Of a stretch of DNA of 52,403 bases, positions 8,535 to 19,191 are shown in pieces. The stretch comes from a candidate division WWE3 bacterium (GTDB taxonomy: Bacteria > Patescibacteriota > WWE3 > UBA101185 > UBA10185), in contig JAAZNL010000016.1 in the NCBI GenBank assembly GCA_012798315.1, positions 1-52,403 of the forward strand, given 5' to 3'. A program made the translations under genes and the position numbers. Numbering within the stretch: position 1 is the stretch's first letter; each line of letters begins with the position of its first letter. The notes under the pieces are model-generated. The model ran no database searches and had not been told where the DNA came from. It saw only the letters and a program-made list of their open reading frames with translations.

Positions 8535-10346
8535 ATGGAATTGCGAAATGTTGCCATTATAGCTCATGTTGACCACGGAAAGACCACCCTTGTTGATGGT
8601 CTGTTAAAACAATCTAAAACATTCAGAGAAAATGAATCTTTAATGTCCCAAAATTTAATAATGGATTCAAACGATCAGGAAAGGGAACGTGGGATAACAA
8701 TTTTAGCTAAAAACACCGCAGTTAACTACAAAAATTACAAAATAAACATTATTGATACTCCCGGACATTCAGATTTCGGCGGAGAAGTTGAAAGAACTTT
8801 GAACATGGCTGACGGTGCTTTATTACTGGTAGATGCCCAGGAAGGTCCGATGCCGCAAACAAAGTTTGTTTTAAAAAAAGCTCTCGAAATCGGACTTAAA
8901 ATTATCATTGTAATAAATAAAATTGATAAAAAGGATGCCCGAATTGATGACACCATCCGCCGGGTACATGATTTAATACTTGAACTGGCAACAGAAGATT
9001 CTCAGTTAGATACGGTTATAATTTACGCCATAGGCCGTGAAGCTAAAGCCTGGAACGATTTACCTTCCGATTACATTGCGGAAGCCGATTTAACACCCGT
9101 TTTTGACGCAATTATCAAGCATATTCCGGCTCCTACGGTAGACCATGACTCACCTTTTCAAATGCTTGTTTCTACCTTGGACTGGGATAATTTTAAAGGA
9201 AAATACGTAATCGGCCGTGTCAAACGGGGTAACGTCTTTCCAGGAATGCAGGTAACTTTACTTAAAGCAGATGGCACAAACGAAAACTATACTGTAGATA
9301 AAGTTTACGTGAACCAAGGATTAAAACGTGTTGAAGTAGAAAAAGGTGAATCAGGAGATATTATAGCTCTTACAGGTATAAAAAATGCCGGAATCGGAGA
9401 TACTGTTTCTGACGCCGGTAACCCGGAAGCTCTTCCCACAATAAAGATAGAAGAACCCACACTTAGCATGTCCATAGGACCAAATACTTCTCCTTTTATG
9501 GGTAAAGAAGGAAGGTTTTTAACCGGAAGACAGATTTTAGAAAGAATTGAACGGGAAATGCAAACTAATGTTGCAATGAGATTCAAAATAACCGAGGAAG
9601 GTCAATACGTAATTTCAGGCCGAGGAGAACTACACTTGTCCGTGCTGTTAGAGACAATGCGAAGGGAAGGGTTTGAAATGGAAGTAGGAAAACCAAAAGT
9701 AATAATTAAAGAAATTGACGGGATACAGATGGAACCTGTTGAGGAATTAACTATAGATGTCGATAACGAATACTTAGGTGACGTGAAAAGCGAAATAGGC
9801 AGAAGACGCGGAATTTTGGTGCGACAAACCGAAGAGACCCAGCACTCCACCAGATTATTATTTGAAATTACTACAAAAGGAATTTTGGGTTTAAGGGGAG
9901 CTTTACTGACAATATCTAAAGGAACTGCGGTTATGAGTTCGAGTTTCTTACGCTATGATCCAATAACTCCCGACATCAAGAAACTTAGAAGAGGCGTCTT
10001 AATAGCAGCTGAAACGGGTAAGACGGCATCTTACGGATTAGCTTCCGCGCAGGAAAAAGGTTCAATTTTCGTTGGACCTCAGATTCAGGTATATGAGGGA
10101 ATGATTGTAGGTATGAACGGACGGGACGAAGATTTAGAAATAAACGTCTGTAAGGAAAAACAATTAACAAATAACAGATCCGTTGGGGAAGAAGGAATTA
10201 TGCTAACTCCCCCGCTAATTATGAGTCTCGAACAATGCATAGGGTTTTTAGAAGACGATGAATTGCTAGAAATTACTCCACAAAATCTTCGTTTAAGAAA
10301 AAAGATTTTAGAAAAGACAGCCCGATATCGTGCTAATAAAAAATAA
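8535..10346 (+). CDS. typA: Translational GTPase TypA/BipA
   Basis: AHVDHGKTT, ERERGITI, DTPGH, GRGELHL and typical C-terminal domain. Confidence 0.97.
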   Translation: MELRNVAIIAHVDHGKTTLVDGLLKQSKTFRENESLMSQNLIMDSNDQERERGITILAKNTAVNYKNYKINIIDTPGHSDFGGEVERTLNMADGALLLVDAQEGPMPQTKFVLKKALEIGLKIIIVINKIDKKDARIDDTIRRVHDLILELATEDSQLDTVIIYAIGREAKAWNDLPSDYIAEADLTPVFDAIIKHIPAPTVDHDSPFQMLVSTLDWDNFKGKYVIGRVKRGNVFPGMQVTLLKADGTNENYTVDKVYVNQGLKRVEVEKGESGDIIALTGIKNAGIGDTVSDAGNPEALPTIKIEEPTLSMSIGPNTSPFMGKEGRFLTGRQILERIEREMQTNVAMRFKITEEGQYVISGRGELHLSVLLETMRREGFEMEVGKPKVIIKEIDGIQMEPVEELTIDVDNEYLGDVKSEIGRRRGILVRQTEETQHSTRLLFEITTKGILGLRGALLTISKGTAVMSSSFLRYDPITPDIKKLRRGVLIAAETGKTASYGLASAQEKGSIFVGPQIQVYEGMIVGMNGRDEDLEINVCKEKQLTNNRSVGEEGIMLTPPLIMSLEQCIGFLEDDELLEITPQNLRLRKKILEKTARYRANKK

Positions 10347-10366
10347 CTGGTTGCAAAGTCCGAAAA

Positions 10367-11644
10367 TTAGTATTCCACTAATGTAAGAGCGATACCTTTT
10401 TTATCAGCCCTACCGGTTCTCCCAATTCTATGTACATATGCTTCGTATGACTCAGGCATGTCGTAGTTAATAACATGTGACACATCTTTAATATCTAACC
10501 CTCTGGAAGCGACGTCTGTAGCCAATAACACTTTAATTTCGTTTGTTTTAAATTTCTTTAACGCTAACTGTCTTTGAGCCTGACTTTTGTTACCATGAAT
10601 TGCTTCTGCTTTATGTCCTTTTTGAACTAAAGCATCTGCTAATTTTTGAACTCCCCACTTGGTACTTCCAAAAACCAAAACTTTTGCACATTCTTCAGTT
10701 AAAAGTATTTGGTGCAATGTTTCCAACTTTTTTGTTCCACCTCCAAAGACTCTCACAATTTTTTGCTCAACATTAACCGCTGTTTCTTGCTTTTTTACAC
10801 TAACAGTAACAGGATCCTGAACAAACGATTGTAGTATTTCTTCTACTTTCGGGGAAACAGTGGCTGAAAAAAATAAGGATTGCCTGTTTTTAGGCATTAA
10901 AGAAATGAAAAGTTTTATATCAGAAATAAACCCAATATCAACCATTCTGTCAGTTTCATCCAAAACCACTGTGTTGTAATCGCTTATTCTAATCGCTTTT
11001 TGTTTTAATAAATCCTTTAATCTTCCGGGTGTTGCAATTACAAACGAAGGCTGTTTTTTTAGTTCAGTTTTTTGTCGTTCTATATTTGCTCCACCAATTA
11101 AAACCGCGGAATAAATTCTCATATCTGTAGAGTAACTGCGGAATTCTTCATATATCTGAACAGCTAATTCTCTTGTAGGAGTTAAGATTAAAACTTTACG
11201 TGACCTGTCCCGGGATACACGTTCTATTAGAGGTATTAAAAAAGCCGCGGTTTTGCCTGTACCTGTGTTGGCTATACCAATAATGTCCCTGCCGTTAATA
11301 ATTGCCGGAATAGTTTTATCCTGAATCGGTGTAGGGCTCGTGTATCCTTTGGTTACAATATTTTGCTTAAGTTTAGGAGATATTTCAAAATCGTTAAATT
11401 GATGTTTCGGTATATAGGAAGTCTCTTCAGGCTGTTCAAAGGGTTGAGTTTTTTTCAGATCTTGGATGACTTTTTCCAATTCGTATATAGGCCAGGTTTT
11501 TTGACGATTACTTCTACCACCGCCAAATCCTGATCTGTTGTTACTTCTATATCCTTTGAAAGTTCCTGTATTCATGGAACCTCTAAACGAACGTCCACCG
11601 GACGCACTTCTTGACCTGCTTCTATTTTCATTGCTATATGACAT
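10367..11644 (-). CDS. DEAD/DEAH-box RNA helicase
   Basis: Q-motif, ANTGTGKT, PTRELA, DETD, SAT, HRIGRTGR. Confidence 0.95.
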   Translation of the reverse strand: MSYSNENRSRSRSASGGRSFRGSMNTGTFKGYRSNNRSGFGGGRSNRQKTWPIYELEKVIQDLKKTQPFEQPEETSYIPKHQFNDFEISPKLKQNIVTKGYTSPTPIQDKTIPAIINGRDIIGIANTGTGKTAAFLIPLIERVSRDRSRKVLILTPTRELAVQIYEEFRSYSTDMRIYSAVLIGGANIERQKTELKKQPSFVIATPGRLKDLLKQKAIRISDYNTVVLDETDRMVDIGFISDIKLFISLMPKNRQSLFFSATVSPKVEEILQSFVQDPVTVSVKKQETAVNVEQKIVRVFGGGTKKLETLHQILLTEECAKVLVFGSTKWGVQKLADALVQKGHKAEAIHGNKSQAQRQLALKKFKTNEIKVLLATDVASRGLDIKDVSHVINYDMPESYEAYVHRIGRTGRADKKGIALTLVEY

Positions 11645-11873
11645 GGTTGCCTTTGGAGGCTGTTAGCTATTAAGTTGAAAGGAAAATAGATGGGAAAGAG
11701 TGACTTACCTCAAGCTACTATCGCAAATCAAAAATATTTTGGCTACGGCCTCAATGAAGAATCCGAGGACAAAGCCTTGGTTTCTTCTTTCCTTTCGGAA
11801 AAATTATTACGTCGAGTATTGTAACAGGTATAAGGCGGTAATGCAAACGTACTATAGGACTCGCGTCTTACAT

Positions 11874-11913
11874 AAAAAAAAGGGTGTGTATTCCTAGGAT
11901 ACAAACACCCTTT
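11874..11913 (-). terminator. Intrinsic terminator of the 11935-12273 gene
   Basis: AAAGGGTGT...ACACCCTTT hairpin; A-run at 11874-81 reads as a U-tract on the minus strand. Confidence 0.7.
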
Positions 11914-11934
11914 ATAAAAATCTCAGTCACCGGT

Positions 11935-12273
11935 TTAGTCCAAAAGAACCCGATATCGCTGAGGAAGTACTATCTCAACAGGAGTTCCGCAAAACTTAAA
12001 CGATACTTTGTAGGCTTCACAACGTCCAAAACGAGTGAGGCGCGTCTTGACTATTTCCGCTTCAATCGTGAGTGGTGCAACAAAAACACCTTTGGCGGGA
12101 CGAAACTCTACCATCAAACCACCATATGCATTCATGAAAAACTCCATGAAGCCCTTACGCACATCGACAAAAGTGCCATTTGGTCGATAATGGCCGGTTA
12201 CGGGACGGTTATTAAGCCACTTCCATACAACCGGCGGATTACCAATTCTGGACTTACCGTTTGAACCAAACAT
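11935..12273 (-). CDS. Hypothetical protein
   Basis: 112-aa ORF with AAGGAG SD, promoter TTGTCA-17-TAAAAT and its own terminator. Confidence 0.7.
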   Translation of the reverse strand: MFGSNGKSRIGNPPVVWKWLNNRPVTGHYRPNGTFVDVRKGFMEFFMNAYGGLMVEFRPAKGVFVAPLTIEAEIVKTRLTRFGRCEAYKVSFKFCGTPVEIVLPQRYRVLLD

Positions 12274-12396
12274 AGCAGCTCTCCTTTTCTTTTAAGATGG
12301 CTTGATTTTATAGCCATTTTGGCCTTCTGACAAGTCCTATAAGATATATTTAATTCCCTATATACAATAATTAATTACATGTTATAAAATATCCGC

Positions 12397-12528
12397 ATGC
12401 AGACATGGAAGTTGCACATGTATATAAGATGTTTTATCAACGCTGAACAAGCGGGAATGACGTCTGTAGCATAGCAACTCCATAAATTTAAACAGACAGA
12501 AATTACCCGCGAATAAGCGGGTTTTTTT
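12397..12528 (+). promoter_or_regulatory. Putative attenuator: 25-aa leader ORF (12397-12474) plus terminator (12505-12528)
   Basis: TAAAAT 6 nt before ATG; MQTWKLHMYIRCFINAEQAGMTSVA*; ACCCGC-GAATAA-GCGGGT plus T-tract; competing GCGGG at 12451-55. Confidence 0.55.
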
Positions 12529-12572
12529 GTTGTCCTAACCACAAATCTTGGTTATACGGAAAGGAGAGTCGA

Positions 12573-14150
12573 ATGAACACGCACGTTGATATATTCGTAT
12601 GCCTTAAGGGAGATACCCAGGCAGAGCAGTGCATTGCGCATTTGCAATCTTTAGGCTACCAAGGTCAAATCCTTGAAGAAGGACAATTAGCCCCTGTAGG
12701 AGCTGTAGCCCTTTATACCGGAGGTAACGACAACTGGCCGTCCCGAAACTTTCGTGTCGCATCACATCGCCTGGCCGACAATGAAAAACGGCCACTTTGG
12801 TCAATGACAACACCTTTTTTGGTTGCAATCAGGCCGATGGCAAAGGGCAAAATGCTTTTGGCGGCGCAAAACGTGGCGGAAATGTACATTAAATGGTTTA
12901 AGGGCGAAACAGGTGCAGAACTTCCGTGGGAAACCAGGAACGGTCAACCTTCTTCTAAGTATGATCTGGTAGAAGGCTGGTTGGATCAGGTAGCAGGTGT
13001 GATTGGCGCAGATGTCCTTCAGCAAGTGCTGAACTCGCAGAAAATCGACAGGGATAGACACGCGGGACGAGGTGGAGACATAGTGTTTCGTGTGCTCCAG
13101 ACTACCGGAAAAATAGTACTTTCACCTGACAGTCTGGCAACAACATTACCTCGCAATGAAGCTTATTTTGCGCTTACAGGTTTAACAAAACCACCTGTCA
13201 TTTACGGTACATCGGATGTTGCCAATCTCTTTGAACTGCTGCAGCTTCTAAAACTGGCATGGTTCTTGGAATTACCGGCAGTCTTCGAAACCTATCCGGG
13301 TGCGCACAACGTTGCACACTGGGTAAACGGGTTTTTAAACCCAAGTTTGGCTGTTGTAGGCACAAAGGTATGGTCAACCGACCTCTCAGATGAACCCAAC
13401 GCCAAATTTAACACTGTCATTACGGCCGAAAAGATGAAGCGGTTCATAAAGTCGGGAACACTGGAGCCGATTGCTGATGTGCTTATGTCATGGGCGGGTC
13501 TTCCAATGTGGCGTATCTACCAGAATGCCATGAAACATGCCACCGATTCTTTACTAAACGCTTTGGGAATATCCGTGGACTACAGGTTCACAACTACCGA
13601 AGACATATGTAAAGCAACCGGCCTTTGGGATATGCCTCTTTTAGAGTTGAGCAATACGCTAAAGTCATTAGTTGACCACGATGTTGTTGTCTACAACACT
13701 AAAAACAACATCCAGGTAAAGACTTCTAGCGTAATGCCAAACATGACGGTAGCAGAGCTTCATGAGAAAGGAGGTTGGCTTGGCGGGGCAGCTTTGTATT
13801 ACATGGTCTACCAGCTGTCCGACTTTGGGGGAGCCGTGGTAATGGTCAAAGACAGTACCCGCGGCAGGGTGAACCTTATCGCGCGGCCGTTTCTGGAAAA
13901 GAACCCACATCTGCGACTTGCGCCTGTTGGGCTGTTCAGACTGACGGGAGAAGAGCAGAACGAAGATTGGTCATTCGATCCTATTTTGATGATGCTTCTA
14001 ATTGCCACATGGGGTCCGGAAAAGACAGCCGAGTGCGCAAGGGCGATATGGGAAAACATGGAAGTACCACTAACGGAGGATCATATCGGGAGAAAAACCG
14101 TAGCAACCGTGTCAAACAAAGGCGTGCGGGTAAGAGTGCAGGATACTTAA
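12573..14150 (+). CDS. Hypothetical 525-aa protein (possible remote BshC/HUP-fold)
   Basis: Long ORF with AAGGAG SD; family call is weak and motif-based only. Confidence 0.75.
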   Translation: MNTHVDIFVCLKGDTQAEQCIAHLQSLGYQGQILEEGQLAPVGAVALYTGGNDNWPSRNFRVASHRLADNEKRPLWSMTTPFLVAIRPMAKGKMLLAAQNVAEMYIKWFKGETGAELPWETRNGQPSSKYDLVEGWLDQVAGVIGADVLQQVLNSQKIDRDRHAGRGGDIVFRVLQTTGKIVLSPDSLATTLPRNEAYFALTGLTKPPVIYGTSDVANLFELLQLLKLAWFLELPAVFETYPGAHNVAHWVNGFLNPSLAVVGTKVWSTDLSDEPNAKFNTVITAEKMKRFIKSGTLEPIADVLMSWAGLPMWRIYQNAMKHATDSLLNALGISVDYRFTTTEDICKATGLWDMPLLELSNTLKSLVDHDVVVYNTKNNIQVKTSSVMPNMTVAELHEKGGWLGGAALYYMVYQLSDFGGAVVMVKDSTRGRVNLIARPFLEKNPHLRLAPVGLFRLTGEEQNEDWSFDPILMMLLIATWGPEKTAECARAIWENMEVPLTEDHIGRKTVATVSNKGVRVRVQDT

Positions 14151-14161
14151 TTGCTTGGTAA

Positions 14162-14213
14162 GTCGGTTGGGATGTTGCAAAAACTTGGAGGTCAAGCAAA
14201 CATCCCAACCGAC
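14162..14213 (+). terminator. Strong hairpin (15-bp perfect stem) after 525-aa gene
   Basis: GTCGGTTGGGATGTT / AACATCCCAACCGAC; no U-tract. Confidence 0.6.
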
Positions 14214-14231
14214 CTCATTATATAAAATAAA

Positions 14232-14948
14232 ATGGCTATAAACGACGATAACAATAAAAAACTTCTGTTAATTAGTGCGCACGCGGATGATCACATTGCG
14301 TGTGCTGGAACAGTTTTTAAACTAATTGACCGTGGTTACACCCCTTATGAGGTTGTATTAACTAACTCACAAGAAGGTCCCGATATGAGAAAAGCCGGAA
14401 TATCCCAGAGCGTAGACAATATCAAAAATACCAGAAAAGAAGAGCTTAGTAAGGCATCTAAATTTTTGGGAATCGCGCAAACTTTTAACATGGAAAATGA
14501 GGATTTAAGACTTACTTACTCCAAAGATCTAATGATTAAAGTAATGGCTATTGTCCGAGAGGTAAAACCTACAATCGGGTTTCTAATGAATTCGTACGAC
14601 TGGCATCCGGATCACAGAGAAGCATTTAAAATCGGTTCGGAGGCATTTAAGTGGGCAGCATCCGGAATTAGGCCTGAGTTAGGGCAAAACTGGAAAACCC
14701 CGATGGTACTGTGCGCAGAAGGTATGATTCCCGTTGCCGCAAATATTTTAGTTGACATTACAACATATGCTGATAAGAAAATGCAGTTATGGAAAATTTA
14801 CGATTCACAGGCTACATCTAAATCGGTAAAGTTCGAAGAGGGATTATTACAAGTCCGCGGCTATCAGCAAAGAAAGGTGGATGGTTTTTTTGCCGAAGCT
14901 TTTAGCACAGATCCTTTATCACCAATTTTATTATTTGAAAATGAATAA
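14232..14948 (+). CDS. PIG-L/LmbE (BshB/MshB-like) N-acetylglucosaminyl deacetylase
   Basis: SAHADD, RKEE and HPDH motifs. Confidence 0.9.
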   Translation: MAINDDNNKKLLLISAHADDHIACAGTVFKLIDRGYTPYEVVLTNSQEGPDMRKAGISQSVDNIKNTRKEELSKASKFLGIAQTFNMENEDLRLTYSKDLMIKVMAIVREVKPTIGFLMNSYDWHPDHREAFKIGSEAFKWAASGIRPELGQNWKTPMVLCAEGMIPVAANILVDITTYADKKMQLWKIYDSQATSKSVKFEEGLLQVRGYQQRKVDGFFAEAFSTDPLSPILLFENE

Positions 14949-15678
14949 AATAACTGTAGTGGCAGACAAATTAATTTACAAAAGGTTTAAACTGTCCGAA
15001 AAATGCACACATGAATTTGAGGCATGGAAACAGTTTAACGAGATAATTCCTCAAAACACACCTACGCTAATACTAAGAACTAATAATTTGTGCATTTATG
15101 AATTCCTCGAATCTGATTCAAAACTTGTAAGTAAACAAGAAGCCTCGGAATTTGCCGGCAAGGTTATCAGTAATATTTTCCACGCATACAAGCCTAATAC
15201 TTACAAAAAAGGACAAATGTGGGAATTGTCAGTTTACAAAATAATAGAGGATTTTAGCCAACACGAAATAAAATTAAAAAATATCGGATTAGAAAATTTT
15301 TATTTTTACACAATAAACCAGTTGCGCAAAATTAAAAAAATAAAATTTTCTAATATTAGTTTTTTGCACAGAGATATCCACAGAGGAAATATTTTATGTG
15401 AAAACGGGCAACCGTATTTAATTGATCATGAGCATGCTATGGAAGGTCCTATTGAATTGGAACTGCAAAATTCGATTTTTTGGAACGATAAAATGTCTCT
15501 AAATGTTGATAAAGTAAAAAAAATTCTTACCAATAATAATATTCCCTATTCCAGTTCCAATGAAATATTGCTTAAAAACTACTACGTGGCCGACCAGATC
15601 AATATAGCTATAAAAGAGAACAAATTTAGCAAAGTTAAAAAGCTCGCTTCAAAAAATGATCCGGCTATTTTATATTAA
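14941..15678 (+). CDS. Aminoglycoside/choline kinase-like phosphotransferase
   Basis: LHRDIHRGNIL and LIDHE motifs; ATG 14941 overlaps the deacetylase stop. Confidence 0.8.
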   Translation: MNKITVVADKLIYKRFKLSEKCTHEFEAWKQFNEIIPQNTPTLILRTNNLCIYEFLESDSKLVSKQEASEFAGKVISNIFHAYKPNTYKKGQMWELSVYKIIEDFSQHEIKLKNIGLENFYFYTINQLRKIKKIKFSNISFLHRDIHRGNILCENGQPYLIDHEHAMEGPIELELQNSIFWNDKMSLNVDKVKKILTNNNIPYSSSNEILLKNYYVADQINIAIKENKFSKVKKLASKNDPAILY

Positions 15679-16570
15679 TAAGCGGAACATCCCCATTTCC
15701 GCCCATATATGTCGGAAGTACTCCATTCCATTTTTCTATAGCCATTTTTTGCAAAACTAAAGGATCAATGGTCTGCCTTAAAACTTCCTGGGCTTTGGCT
15801 TCTCCTTCAGCTTTTATAATTTTCTGCTGCTTTTTAAATTCTTCCTGTTGTGCAATAAATTCCTCAGTCTTAATTCTTTCTAATTCTATTTGTTTTGTTT
15901 CTAGAGCCTGTAAATATTGGTCCGAAAATTTCATTTGTCTGACCAAGAACTCATCCAAAATAACTCCGTTTTCATTAAACGTCTGATTTAATAATTCTGC
16001 GACCCTTGCTTGATAGTTAAATACATCTCCTGTATAAAGCTCGTTAGCAGGAAATTCTCTGGCTACATTCCTGGAAACTGATCTGGCTTGCGCTTGAACA
16101 ATTCTTTGTGCGAGCTGATCCTGTGTACCTATTTTTTCAGCTATCCATAGAATCTTTGATGGGTCAATACTGTAACGCAAAGTAAACCTTATGCTGACCT
16201 GTTGTCCGTCTTTAGTTGAGGTATCTACAGCATAATCTGCCAAATCGGAATTGTATTTTTGCATATTACTGTTAAATATAGAGTTTGACTTGTTTTGATT
16301 ATAATAGGGGCTGGATTCAGGGCTTTCGCTCGTCTCGTAGATTATCTTTTGAGTAGAATAAAATGTTACCTTTTCTATTAACGGAATTTTTACGTTTAAA
16401 CCCGGGCTAGCTAATCTTTCTATTTTTCCGAAACGACTGACAACACCAACAGTACCGTATTCGACACTAAAAAAAGGGTTTGCCTTGGTTAATAAAGGCA
16501 AAACCAGGACTAGAATAATAAATAATATAAAAAGCTTTTTTAATAAGCCTTTAAAATTCAGGTTTTTCAT
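15665..16570 (-). CDS. SPFH/prohibitin (band 7) family protein
   Basis: N-terminal TM, GVVSRFGK...PGLNVKIP, C-terminal IEKWNGVLP. Confidence 0.92.
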   Translation of the reverse strand: MKNLNFKGLLKKLFILFIILVLVLPLLTKANPFFSVEYGTVGVVSRFGKIERLASPGLNVKIPLIEKVTFYSTQKIIYETSESPESSPYYNQNKSNSIFNSNMQKYNSDLADYAVDTSTKDGQQVSIRFTLRYSIDPSKILWIAEKIGTQDQLAQRIVQAQARSVSRNVAREFPANELYTGDVFNYQARVAELLNQTFNENGVILDEFLVRQMKFSDQYLQALETKQIELERIKTEEFIAQQEEFKKQQKIIKAEGEAKAQEVLRQTIDPLVLQKMAIEKWNGVLPTYMGGNGDVPLINIK

Positions 16571-16611
16571 ACCTAAATAATATACCTTTTATTGTTATAT
16601 GTGGAGATTAA

Positions 16612-17031
16612 CTATTCCTGGCCAGTCTCTTCCGTTGTTGCGGTAGATTCTTCTGCAACAACTTCTTTTGTAGATGACACTTTAACTTTACCTTCTTTTA
16701 TTCTCATGGCTTCACGGCCTTTTTTCTCACGAAGGTAGTAAAGTTTAGCTCTTCTGACATCGCCTGTTTTTACCAGTTCAATCTTTTCTATATTAGGAGA
16801 AAACAAAGGAAAAATTCTCTCAACAGCAACGTTATCCGCACCAATTCTTCTGACAGTAAAACTCTTAGAGGTACCGGAACCCTTTCTGGATAGTACGATA
16901 CCTTCATATGGTTGAATTCTGGCCTTGTCGCCTTCAATAATCTTGTAGTGAACACGTACTGTGTCACCTGCCCTAAAATCAGGGTATGTACTCGGATCAG
17001 ATGTTATTAGTTTTACTTCTTTTTCTGCCAT
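16612..17031 (-). CDS. rplS: 50S ribosomal protein L19
   Basis: [26 protein letters not shown]. Confidence 0.97.
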   Translation of the reverse strand: MAEKEVKLITSDPSTYPDFRAGDTVRVHYKIIEGDKARIQPYEGIVLSRKGSGTSKSFTVRRIGADNVAVERIFPLFSPNIEKIELVKTGDVRRAKLYYLREKKGREAMRIKEGKVKVSSTKEVVAEESTATTEETGQE

Positions 17032-17073
17032 AAGCTATGCTAGATTATCAAATAAATGCCTAAAATACAACCC

Positions 17074-19173
17074 CTAGCCTTGAACTGCCGCCTTTTCCAA
17101 GATATGAACTTTTAAACCCTTGGCATCGGCAGTCACCCGAACTTCTGCGCCTTCGGTTAAATCTCCATTTATTAGCTTCTCTGACAATAAATTGTCCAAT
17201 TCCTTTTGTATCAGCCTTCGCAGTGGGCGGGCTCCGTAGTCATCGTTATAACCGTGTTCTGCAAAATATTTAATAGCTTTTTCATCAACGACCAACTGTA
17301 CATTTTGCTCCAGCAGAAGTTTTTCGGTCTTTTTTATCATTCTTCGGCTGATCTCCGCAATATCATCGTGTGTTAAGGTCGAAAAAATGATGATATCGTC
17401 TATTCTGTTTAAAAATTCCGGTCTAAAAGCGTCGCGTAATAGACTGAATACTTTTTTCTCAAATTCTGTCTTATTCTGCTCAACGGTTTTTGCGTTTTTA
17501 TCGGTATCAAAGCCAATACTCGGACGTCGCAAAAACTCTGATCCCACGTTGGATGTTAATATCATTATAGTGTTTTTAAAGTCAACGGTACGACCCTTGC
17601 TGTCGGTCAAACGCCCGTCTTCCATAATTTGCAATAATGCATTAAATGTGTCCGGATGCGCTTTTTCTACTTCATCCAGTAGTATTACCGAAAACGGTTT
17701 TCGTCTTACTATTTCCGTTAAATTGCCGCCTTGGTCGTAACCGACATATCCGGGGGGCGCTCCGATCATTTTGCTTACCGAATGTTTTTCCATGTATTCA
17801 CTCATGTCCAATCTGACAATCATATCTTCATCACCATAGAGTGCCTCCGCGAGCGCCTTGGCTAATTCCGTCTTACCTACACCTGTAGGGCCTAAGAACA
17901 GAAAAGTTCCTATTGGTCTTTTCGGATCCTTCAACCCTGCCCTTGAGCGTCTTATAGCTTCAGCTAATGACTTAATCGCCGCAGTCTGTCCGACTATTCT
18001 CTCCTTAAGTTTTTCTTCAAGATGCAGTAAACGGTCCCGCTCTTCAACATTTAGTTTATCAAGAGGTATGCCTGTAGATCTGGATACCACTTTAATTACA
18101 GCTTCTTCTGTGACATCAGGTATTTCTTCTAGCTTGGTTCTGGTCCAAATATCCAAAAGTTCGCCCTTAATTTTTTCTAGCTCAGCAATACGTATTTCAA
18201 CACCTTTAAGTTCATCCGGTTGTAAATTTGTTCGCGCTCTTTCTTTTAGTGATGCCAATTCCTCTTCTACGGTTTTTAAGTTTTCCGGTTCTTTAACCTG
18301 CGATAACCTAACAAGTGCTGATGCTTCGTCTATAATGTCTATCGCCTTGTCAGGTAAAAATCTATCGCTAATGTATCGATCGCTCATTTTAACCGCGTTA
18401 AGTATTGCTTCGTCTGTTATTCGTACATGATGATGCTTTTCATATCTTTCACGAAGTCCCTTAATTATTTCAACCGTTTCCTCAGAAGTGGGCTCATTAA
18501 CCATAATCGGCTGAAATCGTCTTTCGAGAGCTGCGTCTTTCTCAATATATTTCCTGTATTCATCGATTGTAGTTGCACCGACCATTTGCATTTCACCCCT
18601 GGCCAAAGCCGGTTTTAAAATATTGGCGGCATCCATAGAACCCTCAGCTGAACCCGCACCGACTACAGTATGCAGTTCATCTATAAACATAATAATTTGT
18701 CCGGAAGATCCGATTACCTCTGTAAGAATATCTTTTAAACGACCTTCAAACATTCCTCTATGAGATGTACCGGCAATAACAGATGCTAAATCCAAAGCAA
18801 AAACGCGTTTACCCCGCAATGGCTCAGGAACCTGGCCGGCAATGATTTTCTGGGCCAATCCTTCAACAATCGCTGTTTTACCAACTCCGGGATCTCCAAT
18901 TAAAACAGGATTATTTTTTGTTCTTCTGGAAAGAATATGAATCACACGTTCAATCTCGTTTTTTCGGCCGATTACCGGATCAAGCTTACCTTCGCGAGCC
19001 ATTTGGGTTAAATCCCGGCCGAATTTATCAAGTTTACTTGCACTGTTAGTTGTTTCTTTCATAATCTCGTTGTAACAAACCTCACACAAGGCCATGTATA
19101 TTTGTTTGCCTTCAACAATTCTATTTATAGGAATTTTCGCGGGACGTTGTCCGCATCTATGACACAAAACCAT
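17074..19173 (-). CDS. Clp AAA+ ATPase, ClpE/ClpC-like with N-terminal Zn finger
   Basis: CxxC...CxxC N-terminus; two Walker A motifs ([16 protein letters not shown]); GARPLRR. Confidence 0.92.
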   Translation of the reverse strand: MVLCHRCGQRPAKIPINRIVEGKQIYMALCEVCYNEIMKETTNSASKLDKFGRDLTQMAREGKLDPVIGRKNEIERVIHILSRRTKNNPVLIGDPGVGKTAIVEGLAQKIIAGQVPEPLRGKRVFALDLASVIAGTSHRGMFEGRLKDILTEVIGSSGQIIMFIDELHTVVGAGSAEGSMDAANILKPALARGEMQMVGATTIDEYRKYIEKDAALERRFQPIMVNEPTSEETVEIIKGLRERYEKHHHVRITDEAILNAVKMSDRYISDRFLPDKAIDIIDEASALVRLSQVKEPENLKTVEEELASLKERARTNLQPDELKGVEIRIAELEKIKGELLDIWTRTKLEEIPDVTEEAVIKVVSRSTGIPLDKLNVEERDRLLHLEEKLKERIVGQTAAIKSLAEAIRRSRAGLKDPKRPIGTFLFLGPTGVGKTELAKALAEALYGDEDMIVRLDMSEYMEKHSVSKMIGAPPGYVGYDQGGNLTEIVRRKPFSVILLDEVEKAHPDTFNALLQIMEDGRLTDSKGRTVDFKNTIMILTSNVGSEFLRRPSIGFDTDKNAKTVEQNKTEFEKKVFSLLRDAFRPEFLNRIDDIIIFSTLTHDDIAEISRRMIKKTEKLLLEQNVQLVVDEKAIKYFAEHGYNDDYGARPLRRLIQKELDNLLSEKLINGDLTEGAEVRVTADAKGLKVHILEKAAVQG

Positions 19174-19191
19174 ATTGAGATTTTAACAGAT

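Noticed and set aside
11700-12264. Plus-strand ORFs 11700-11897 and 11884-12264
   Set aside because: They overlap the DEAD-box leader/promoter and the minus-strand gene that has the SD, promoter and terminator.
5336-14213. Hairpins after orphan genes as integron attC sites
   Set aside because: No RYYYAAC/GTTRRRY cores, the hairpins are unrelated in sequence, the genes are not in a tandem array, and no integrase is present.
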